Origin: Okeania sp.
Lineage (GTDB): Bacteria > Cyanobacteriota > Cyanobacteriia > Cyanobacteriales > Microcoleaceae
NCBI RefSeq assembly: GCF_035285525.1
Contig: NZ_JAYKGW010000075.1
Location: 1-6,761 of the forward strand
Reading direction: 5' to 3'
DNA: 6,761 bases
The position numbers and the translations under genes are program-made. Every line of letters starts with the position of its first letter. The first letter of the stretch is position 1. Positions 1-5,544 of the stretch are shown here, piece by piece. The notes under the pieces were generated by a model that was not told where the DNA came from, ran no database searches, and saw only the letters and a list, made by a program, of their open reading frames with translations.

Positions 1-1675
1 TGTCCTCTCTCAACCTGACTTCAGGCTCCAGACTAGCAGATTCAAAAGTTACGGTTTCTGGTAGTTGTTCCGTTAAAGTTACATCTGTAGCATTTCCGGG
101 ACCGTTATTAGTAACTTCAATGGTATAAGTTAAAGTTTCTCCCAGTTTGACAGGATCGGCAGAGTCCGATTTTCTAACTGATAAGTCTGCCGATTTTTGT
201 TGTTTTTCTGGTATTAAGAGAAAGGCATGAGTTTCACCATTAAGGGAACCCGAACCGACAATTTCTCCTGCATCATTAATATCTCTTGCTACTTCCAAAG
301 TCCAGTCAGAATCATCAGGTATTAATTCATTCAAATCGACAACCTCATTCGGATCTGACTGTTGATTGTTATTAGTATCTTCCCATAAAAAGGCTTTATT
401 GTCAGACTCACCAACCACTTGAGTTAAATTATTAATCCCGAAGGCTCGACTAGCACTGGAACCTGTTGTTAAAGAACCTAAATCTTGGATACCCTTACTA
501 CTATCCCACAAAAAGGCTTTTTTACCAGATTGACCGACCACTTCACCTCGGTTATTAATAGACCAAGCTTGAGTATTCGATGCACCATCCAAACTACCAA
601 GGTCTAATGCTGCATTAATCGTGCCTTCATTCCATAGAAAAGCATGAAAAACACCGCCAAAAACATCAGTGTAACCCACGATCTGGTCATTATCATTAAT
701 ACTCGTTGCCCAACTATTATTGGGTAGAGGTGTATTCAGTGGAATCGCTTCACCATTTTCCCAACGAATACTATGAAAGTTGAAAGGTGGAACTTTAAAA
801 TAACCAACTATATCGCCATCGTTATTGATGCCAAAAGCAGAACGACTTGCCCCACTGAGGGTTTCCATACCATTTTCTTCATCCCAGACAAAAGCTTTTG
901 GACTACTGGTTGGGGGTAAAAATCCCACAACCTGACCTCGATCGTTGATGTCACGAGCTTTACTTTCGGAACCTCTAATGTCTTGTATTTCCTCAGCATC
1001 TACCTCACCATTATCATTCTCGTCTGTAAAAATGAAAGCGCGAACTTCTCCACTAGATGTCTCTGCATCACCAACTACTTGCCCTTGATTATTAATTGCC
1101 CATGCTTTGCTTTCGGAACCTCCTAGAGTACCTAGATCGACTACTGTATAAGAGGTTGCTTGCTCAATCTCCACCAACTCCCCATCCAACCAAACAGTTG
1201 CCGAATCATCCTCAACTCTCAACTCCTCCAAATACTCCTGACTCAACACATCCCCACGCACCAAATGAGCAAAAATCGCACCTTCATCTCCCAACCCATC
1301 AACAGAATTTAATTTCCAATCCACCGCATGACCTATTTCCTCCAACAAAACAGTCGCAACAACCTCAACATTACCCCCATTTGCTGTTAAAAATTCCTGT
1401 GATAAATAAATCCTATTTTTGTCTCCGGCAAAAGCTCCATTTGCTCCATTAATTTCTGCTGACTCGCGAATTTCAATAGGAGGAATAAAACTCAAATCTC
1501 TTACCAACCAATCTGACTGTAAACCCAACGCATTTTGAGGATTAAAATTATTGCCAAAAGCCACAACCATTTTCTGTAGAAAATTGGTATGATTAGCAAA
1601 TAACTGTAAATAATTTTCGGCTGTAGTTAAAGCCGATGCAACCGTTTGAGAAGTAGCATTTACTTGATTATTCAT
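1..1675 (-). CDS. Large exoprotein, truncated at its 3' end by the window edge: conserved N-terminal module, seven HAF-family extracellular repeats, then a DUF11 ('conserved repeat domain')
   Basis: I translated the minus strand codon by codon from ATG 1675-1673 down to base 2. That is 558 codons with no stop, and the frame is still open at the edge. GGAG lies about 10 nt upstream of the ATG (1687-1690 on the plus strand as CTCC). The N-terminus reads MNNQVNATSQTVASALTTAENYLQLF...INGANGAFAGDKNRIYLSQEFL...VLLEEIGHAVDWKLNSVDGLGDEGAIFAHL...EDDSATVWLDGELVEIEQ. Seven repeats follow, of the form G-S/A-x-S-x-A-x-x-IN(N/D)-x-G-(Q/E/D)-(V/I)VG ... (H/K)AF(L/V)W. Examples are GSESKAWAINNQGQVVG, GASRSAFGINNDGDIVG, FHAFLW, KAFLW and THAFLL, which matches my memory of the HAF repeat family (TIGR03803). 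The last ~60 codons, ADLSVRKSDSADPVKLGETLTYTIEVTNNGPGNATDVTLTEQLPETVTF, match the DUF11/TIGR01451 repeat signature. No N-terminal signal peptide is evident. The ORF is absent from the supplied track. Confidence 0.85.
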   Translation of the reverse strand, partial: MNNQVNATSQTVASALTTAENYLQLFANHTNFLQKMVVAFGNNFNPQNALGLQSDWLVRDLSFIPPIEIRESAEINGANGAFAGDKNRIYLSQEFLTANGGNVEVVATVLLEEIGHAVDWKLNSVDGLGDEGAIFAHLVRGDVLSQEYLEELRVEDDSATVWLDGELVEIEQATSYTVVDLGTLGGSESKAWAINNQGQVVGDAETSSGEVRAFIFTDENDNGEVDAEEIQDIRGSESKARDINDRGQVVGFLPPTSSPKAFVWDEENGMETLSGASRSAFGINNDGDIVGYFKVPPFNFHSIRWENGEAIPLNTPLPNNSWATSINDNDQIVGYTDVFGGVFHAFLWNEGTINAALDLGSLDGASNTQAWSINNRGEVVGQSGKKAFLWDSSKGIQDLGSLTTGSSASRAFGINNLTQVVGESDNKAFLWEDTNNNQQSDPNEVVDLNELIPDDSDWTLEVARDINDAGEIVGSGSLNGETHAFLLIPEKQQKSADLSVRKSDSADPVKLGETLTYTIEVTNNGPGNATDVTLTEQLPETVTFESASLEPEVRLRED

Positions 1676-1791
1676 AATAGTTTCAACTCCTAAAAATAAT
1701 TAGCAAGGGAATCACTTTTAACGGCGATTGAGTTTATTTACCTCTAAACTGAAACCGATCTCTTTAAGACATTATCCGGATAGTTATTACC

Positions 1792-1820
1792 ACATTAAAC
1801 AAAATAAAATTAATTGTCAA
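1792..1820 (-). promoter_or_regulatory. Candidate sigma70-type promoter for the HAF-repeat gene (TTGACA-N17-TAATGT)
   Basis: The minus strand reads TTGACA (1820-1815), a 17-nt spacer ATTAATTTTATTTTGTT, then TAATGT (1797-1792). The -35 is perfect and the -10 fits TAnnnT. It sits ~115 nt upstream of the ATG at 1675. This is motif evidence only, in AT-rich DNA where -10-like hexamers are common. Confidence 0.3.
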
Positions 1821-2099
1821 CCTTTTTGAAAAAATTGATAATTTAGATTTTTTTTCCTTGAATACAAACAGCTTTACATTAGTTAGTTTAGCTGGATTAT
1901 TAATGGGATAAAGGAATAAATTTATCTAAAAATTGTGGTGTTTAAGATTTGGAAATTATACAAAAAAAACTATGCAAAAAACTTGGTATTTATTGCATAT
2001 TTTACATTTATTTTAAAATATTTAAACAATTTAATATTTATTAATAGTATTTAATTATTCTTTAGATACTGGTTGAATTTTAATAATTACAACATACTC

Positions 2100-2113
2100 G
2101 TAAACTTTTTTAC
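2100..2113. promoter_or_regulatory. GTA-N8-TAC palindrome (NtcA-box consensus), weak candidate
   Basis: GTAAACTTTTTTAC fits the GTAN8TAC NtcA consensus. A TAnnnT hexamer (TAGTTT, 2138-2143) lies 24 nt downstream, which is slightly longer than the usual ~22 nt. A single occurrence in a 557-bp AT-rich spacer could be chance. Confidence 0.15.
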
Positions 2114-2160
2114 CAATGGATAATTGACAATTAGAGATAGTTTTAATTATCCATTATTAA

Positions 2161-2189
2161 TTGACAGTTTGACTAACTCATTAGAAAAT
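2161..2189 (+). promoter_or_regulatory. Candidate promoter for the kinase gene (TTGACA-N17-GAAAAT)
   Basis: A perfect -35 TTGACA (2161-2166) is followed by a 17-nt spacer and GAAAAT (2184-2189, 4/6 match to TATAAT). It ends ~44 nt upstream of ATG 2233. A second TTGACA at 2124-2129 lacks a convincing -10. Confidence 0.25.
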
Positions 2190-2232
2190 AAGAATATTCC
2201 CAAATTTACTAATTCCTAATTTAGCCAAAAAT

Positions 2233-3561
2233 ATGATTAACAAACCGAAAATTATTGTTATAGATGACGATCCTACAGGTTCCCAAACTGTTCATAGTTG
2301 CCTACTCCTAACTAAGTGGGATGTAGAAACTCTAAAATTAGGATTACTTGACGAATCTCCCATATTTTTTATCCTCTCCAATACTCGCGCTCTCACTCCC
2401 GAACAAGCAGCAACTGTGACGCGAGAAGTTACACAAAATCTGACAGAAGCGATCGCTCAAACAAATATCCAAGATTTTCTGGTTGTCAGTCGTTCTGACT
2501 CTACTCTCAGAGGTCATTATCCCATAGAAACGGATGTTATTGCATCAGAGTTAGGTCAGTTTGATGCTCATTTCTTAGTTCCGGCATTTTTTGAAGGAGG
2601 GAGAGTCACCCGCAACAGTACCCACTATTTAATAATCAACGGTGTAGAAACCCCGGTTCACGAAACAGAATTTGCTAAAGATTCTGTATTTGGTTACACT
2701 TATAGTTATTTGCCTGATTATGTGGAGGAGAAAACTCAAGGTCAGATTAAAGCAGAAACCGTAGAAAGATTTACCCTGGAGGATATTCGTGTTGGGAGTT
2801 TAGAACGTTTATTGAAATTGACTAACAACCAATGTGGAGTCGTGGATGGAGAAACTCAAGCTGACTTAGATAGTTTTGCTAACGATCTATTGGCAGCAGC
2901 AAGTCAAGGTAAAAAGTTTCTGTTGCGCAGTGCTGCCAGTATTTTAACTTCTCTCGCAGCTTTAGGTTCTCAACCTGTAGCTGCGGACGAAATGAGACAA
3001 TATGTCAGGAGTGGGAAACCAGGTGTAATTATTGTGGGTTCTCACGTTAAAAAGTCTACTCAACAGTTAGAAAGATTATTACAAGAATCTGATGTAGTTG
3101 GTGTAGAAGTAGATGTTTCTCATTTAGTTGCAGACTCTCCAGAGCAAAGAACAAATTTACTTAAGAATATTCTGGAAAAAGTTCATGGTGTTCATGGAGA
3201 AGGGAAAACACCTGTGGTTTATACCAGTCGCCAGGAGTTGACTTTTGAAAATGTCCAGGTGCGTTTAGAGTTTGGTGTCGCAGTATCAGAATTATTGATG
3301 GATATTGTTCGGGGATTGCCAGAGGATATCGGATTTTTAATTAGTAAAGGTGGCATCACTTCCAATGATACTCTGAGTAAAGGTTTAGCTTTAACTACAG
3401 CTCGGTTGTTAGGTCAGGTTTTGGCTGGTTGTTCTATGGTGCGGACTTCTGTCGATCATCCTCAGTTTCCTGAGTTACCTGTAGTGTTGTTTCCAGGGAA
3501 TGTTGGGGATGTTGATGGGTTGGTGACAGTTTATCAGCGTTTGAATGGGAGCATTAACTAA
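2233..3561 (+). CDS. Four-carbon acid sugar kinase family protein (DUF1537; family of 3-oxo-tetronate / D-threonate kinases)
   Basis: Intact 442-aa ORF from ATG 2233 to TAA 3559-3561. The N-terminus KIIVIDDDPTGSQTVHS matches the family's (A/D)D(D/F)xTG(A/S) substrate-domain motif. The C-terminal region GFLISKGGITSNDTL matches the GGxT nucleotide-binding-domain motif, and the length is typical (~420-440 aa). The family assignment comes from remembered motifs, not a search. Substrate is unknown. Confidence 0.88.
   Translation: MINKPKIIVIDDDPTGSQTVHSCLLLTKWDVETLKLGLLDESPIFFILSNTRALTPEQAATVTREVTQNLTEAIAQTNIQDFLVVSRSDSTLRGHYPIETDVIASELGQFDAHFLVPAFFEGGRVTRNSTHYLIINGVETPVHETEFAKDSVFGYTYSYLPDYVEEKTQGQIKAETVERFTLEDIRVGSLERLLKLTNNQCGVVDGETQADLDSFANDLLAAASQGKKFLLRSAASILTSLAALGSQPVAADEMRQYVRSGKPGVIIVGSHVKKSTQQLERLLQESDVVGVEVDVSHLVADSPEQRTNLLKNILEKVHGVHGEGKTPVVYTSRQELTFENVQVRLEFGVAVSELLMDIVRGLPEDIGFLISKGGITSNDTLSKGLALTTARLLGQVLAGCSMVRTSVDHPQFPELPVVLFPGNVGDVDGLVTVYQRLNGSIN
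2449..2456. repeat. HIP1 octamer GCGATCGC
   Basis: Exact GCGATCGC inside the kinase CDS. It is one of three copies in the window. Confidence 0.9.
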
Positions 3562-3577
3562 AAGCAGGAAGTAGTAG

Positions 3578-3700
3578 GGTGCGTTAATAAAATTAGGACT
3601 TACGCACCAGACACTGTATGTAGCGTTAAAAACTATTGCACAATAGTTTTTGAACTTTATAGATAGTACCTTTGCGTAAGTCCTGAAAATGTAACGCACC
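3578..3700. repeat. MITE-like 123-bp element with ~29-bp imperfect terminal inverted repeats and a nested perfect hairpin
   Basis: The left arm is GGTGCGTTA (3578-3586) plus AGGACTTACGCA (3595-3606). The right arm is TGCGTAAGTCCT (3673-3684) plus TAACGCACC (3692-3700). Both blocks are exact reverse complements, separated by short unmatched spacers. Inside, AAAAACTATTG-CA-CAATAGTTTTT (3628-3651) is a perfect 11-bp palindromic stem. The element has no coding capacity, and it starts 17 nt after the kinase stop codon. Confidence 0.5.
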
Positions 3701-3718
3701 GCGGATCCTAAATTTTTT

Positions 3719-3745
3719 GGTGCGTTAGCGCAGCGTAACGCAGCC
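3719..3745. repeat. Hairpin repeat sharing the GGTGCGTTA terminal motif of the adjacent element
   Basis: The sequence is GGTGCGTTA-GCGCAGCG-TAACGCAGCC. The stem pairs TGCGTTA (3721-3727) with TAACGCA (3736-3742) around an 8-nt loop. GGTGCGTTA is identical to 3578-3586. Confidence 0.4.
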
Positions 3746-3807
3746 TACTGGATTGTTGCGTCTAAAAATGTGCATTAGAGAAGACAACCTAGGGGCGGGT
3801 TTCACAA

Positions 3808-3836
3808 GTAGGGACGTTGCATAAGGGCCTCCCTAC
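3808..3836. repeat. Hairpin GTAGGGA-N15-TCCCTAC
   Basis: A perfect 7-bp inverted repeat (3808-3814 / 3830-3836). GTAGGG...CCCTAC palindromes are a recurrent intergenic motif in Nostocales genomes (from memory, unverified). Confidence 0.3.
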
Positions 3837-3896
3837 AACGAGTTTTCTGGGTTTGTCAGATCAACCCCCCATAAGATATGAGGGGGTCTCAGGGAT

Positions 3897-3920
3897 TGAT
3901 AACTGATAACTGATAACTGA
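3897..3920. repeat. Tandem heptamer repeat (TGATAAC) x3.4, STRR-like
   Basis: TGATAAC occurs at 3897-3903, 3904-3910 and 3911-3917, followed by TGA at 3918-3920. All copies are perfect. Short tandemly repeated heptamers (STRR) are characteristic of heterocystous cyanobacteria. Confidence 0.85.
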
Positions 3921-3974
3921 AAAATATGAGTCATAAATTGCCAAAAATAGATACTTTCAATGATACAGTTAAAA

Positions 3975-3982
3975 GCGATCGC
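3975..3982. repeat. HIP1 octamer GCGATCGC
   Basis: Exact GCGATCGC in the convergent intergenic region. Confidence 0.9.
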
Positions 3983-4012
3983 TCCTGATCAAAACCAGAT
4001 TTAGGGAAAGCC

Positions 4013-4044
4013 AGAAACCAGTTTTTTCAAAAAACCGGGTTTCT
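4013..4044. terminator. Near-perfect hairpin AGAAACCAG-TTTTTT-C-AAAAAA-CCGGGTTTCT, a possible bidirectional terminator between the convergent genes
   Basis: AGAAACC (4013-4019) pairs with GGTTTCT (4038-4044), and T6 (4022-4027) pairs with A6 (4029-4034), with one or two mismatches or bulges. It lies ~80 nt beyond the pseudogene stop at 4125. No U-tract follows the stem on either strand, so an intrinsic-terminator function is uncertain. It may simply be another dispersed palindromic repeat. Confidence 0.3.
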
Positions 4045-4124
4045 TAAACACAAGACTTACACAAATTATCAATTAAAAAAGCCGATCACTGCCAACTTCT
4101 AGACTGGTTTACCCACAGAAGTTT

Positions 4125-4358
4125 CTAAACCTGAATCCTAAAGTCTGTGGCAGTAATATCCGACGCACCCTCTAATTTAGCAAACAAACCACCAGCACCT
4201 AAACCAGCTTTTTTACCATTATGGTTGTAGAATAGTTCACCACTCTCCTCATTGTAAACAATAAATGCTTTGCTGCTGGCAACTTCGGCAGCATCATCAA
4301 CAACTGCAAATTCCCGTTTGCGACTGAAACCATTACCTTGAAGACTCTTGAGAACTTT
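4125..4358 (-). pseudogene. Pseudogene segment 4: conserved C-terminal tail, displaced by a 1-nt frameshift
   Basis: The tail KVLKSLQGNGFSRKREFAVVDDAAEVASSKAFIVYNEESGELFYNHNGKKAGLGAGGLFAKLEGASDITATDFRIQV* matches the C-terminal module I recall at the end of many cyanobacterial RTX exoproteins (..GNGFS..EFAVV..IVYN..G.LFYN.NG...GFG.G..FA.L.G...L...DF.I.). It joins segment 3 if one T is removed from the T4 run at 4359-4362. Confidence 0.8.
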
Positions 4359-4359
4359 A

Positions 4360-5154
4360 AAATGCGCTTTTGTCGAGAATAAGTTTGTCTTTACCCAATA
4401 TGAAGTCGGTTATTTCATCGGTTTCTGTTTTGTTAAAATTAGCCAATATAAAAGAATCTCTACCTTTGCCACCTGTTAAGATGTCTTCCCCTTTACCACC
4501 GTTGAGTTTGTCTTTACCCTTGCCCCCAAGTAGGGTGTCGTCACCGTTTTTGCCCAACAGTTTGTCGTTACCACCTTTGCCATTTAGCACATCATCTAGC
4601 TGACTACCTCTGAGAGTATTTCTACGATTATTGCCATTTTTAGTAATGCCTTGGTTTGGGTGAGTTAAGGAGTCAATTATTTCCTCACCTGTAACATTAT
4701 CTACAGTTTCGATGAAACCCTTCCCTGGTGTATTGGTTTTGTCGTCGGCAAAAAAATTTTTGATGGTGAGGTCTTCTTTGACATTGACTTGAGCATCTTG
4801 GTTGAGGTCGATAATTAAGTCTTTGCCTTTGCGTTCTACGCCAGTTGTACCTTTTGCTAAACCTTCCAGGGATATATCAGTTTCTTCTAATTCCAGGAAG
4901 TCGTTTCCTTGACTGTCTATAATTTGACTTCCTTGAGCAGTTTTAGGGTTTAGCTGATAGATATCGTTATCTGTACCACCGTTGAGTGTGTCTTTGCCAC
5001 CCCCTCCGATGAGAGTATCGTCGCCACTGTATCCAATGACAATGTCGTCACCACTCTTGCCATCAAGGAGGTCATCCTGAGCCGTACCCTTTAATTTATT
5101 CTTTCTGTTATTTCCTACCTGAGTATTGCCACCAGGAAGGGGGTTGCTAACATC
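4360..5154 (-). pseudogene. Pseudogene segment 3: two RTX nonapeptide blocks separated by a linker domain
   Basis: The segment is open for 265 codons, but the first start codon (ATG/GTG/TTG) is GTG 4590, so the track shows only 4357-4590. GGxGxD-type repeats occur at ~4960-5096 (LDGKSGDDIVIGYSGDDTLIGGGGKDTLNGGTDND) and ~4450-4616 (LNGKGGNDKLLGKNGDDTLLGGKGKDKLNGGKGEDILTGGKGRDSF). The linker ...GKDLIIDLNQDAQVNVKEDLTIKNFF... is typical of cyanobacterial RTX proteins (from memory). Confidence 0.8.
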
Positions 5155-5494
5155 TTAACCAATTAATCTGAACAGGCCCAGAAGATGTATTTTGAAATAA
5201 ATTAAGGGACGTTGGTAGTGTTTCCCCAGTATCACTAAACAAGTCTCCTTGGATACGTTCATCAAACATGACTGAAAATCCATTGCTTAGTTCTATATCT
5301 CCAACATTTCCAGAAAAGTTATCACTGACTCCAAAAATATCAATTTCATTACCATTTGTTGAAGCAATTAAAATTAATTTAGAATTATTAGGAACTTGGA
5401 TTTCTTGGTTTAACAAAGTGGATAGATCGCCGGAACCAAGATTTATAAATTTAGGGAAGAAACCGCTATCCTTCATGCTCTTTGACAATTCCAA
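5150..5494 (-). pseudogene. Pseudogene segment 2: middle region, displaced into a different frame
   Basis: A 115-codon open stretch in AT-rich DNA (track ORF 5147-5494) lies between two frame-0 segments of the same gene. The route between 5555 and 5466 is ambiguous. It could be frame 0, then NLSFKPGVSIPSSISVTQANLGIVKEHEG in the next frame, then this frame. Alternatively it is one shift plus a TAA at 5507-5509. Confidence 0.5.
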
Positions 5495-5544
5495 GATTTG
5501 CCTGGGTTACAGATATGGAAGATGGTATTGAAACTCCAGGTTTA

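Noticed and set aside
808-999. 63-aa minus-strand ORF from the track
   Set aside because: It is on the same strand as the 1-1675 CDS but out of frame with it, and it is wholly nested in that gene. The 558-codon frame has clear repeat-family signatures and this one has none.
1096-1452. 118-aa plus-strand ORF from the track (Pro/His/Gln-rich: ...SPPTPHPTKQLPNHPQLSTPPNTP...)
   Set aside because: It lies entirely antisense to the well-supported HAF-repeat CDS. Its composition is the low-complexity mirror of that gene's codons, and no SD or promoter is present.
1775-1780. TCCGGA, the DIF1 motif found at -35 of heterocyst-specific promoters in Anabaena
   Set aside because: No acceptable -10 hexamer lies at 16-19 nt on either strand (minus: CGGTTT; plus: AACAAA/TAAACA). 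A single palindromic 6-mer can occur by chance, and it falls inside the leader predicted from the better TTGACA-N17-TAATGT promoter.
1972-2016. Mini-ORF ATG-CAA-AAA-ACT-TGG... (14 aa, MQKTWYLLHILHLF) in the divergent spacer
   Set aside because: It has no Shine-Dalgarno sequence, sits in ~80% AT DNA where such ORFs arise by chance, and overlaps the TATGCAA/TTGCATA inverted repeat.
3475-3699. 74-aa minus-strand ORF from the track
   Set aside because: It overlaps the 3' end of the kinase CDS in antisense. The rest of it is made of the MITE-like inverted repeat, so it is an artefact of AT-rich palindromic DNA.
3790-3890. tRNA or other small RNA gene in the GC-richer stretch GGGGCGGGTTTCACAAGTAGGGACG...CCCCCC
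   Set aside because: There is no acceptor-stem complement to GGGGCGG, no GTTCRANYC T-loop box and no cloverleaf spacing. Isolated hairpins only.
3897-3920. Could the short direct repeats be a CRISPR array?
   Set aside because: The repeat unit is 7 bp, the copies are contiguous with no spacers, and no cas genes are present. This is a microsatellite/STRR.
3926-3988. Mini-ORF of 20 aa (MSHKLPKIDTFNDTVKSDRS) downstream of the heptamer repeat
   Set aside because: It has no ribosome-binding site, no recognisable peptide class and no conservation evidence, and a HIP1 site sits inside it. It is indistinguishable from chance.
4370-4603. 77-aa plus-strand ORF (..LPLPPVKMSSPLPPLSLSLPLPPSRVSSPF..)
   Set aside because: It is the antisense reading of the GGxGxD RTX repeats. 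The Leu/Pro/Ser periodicity is the complement of the Gly/Asp/Lys codons.
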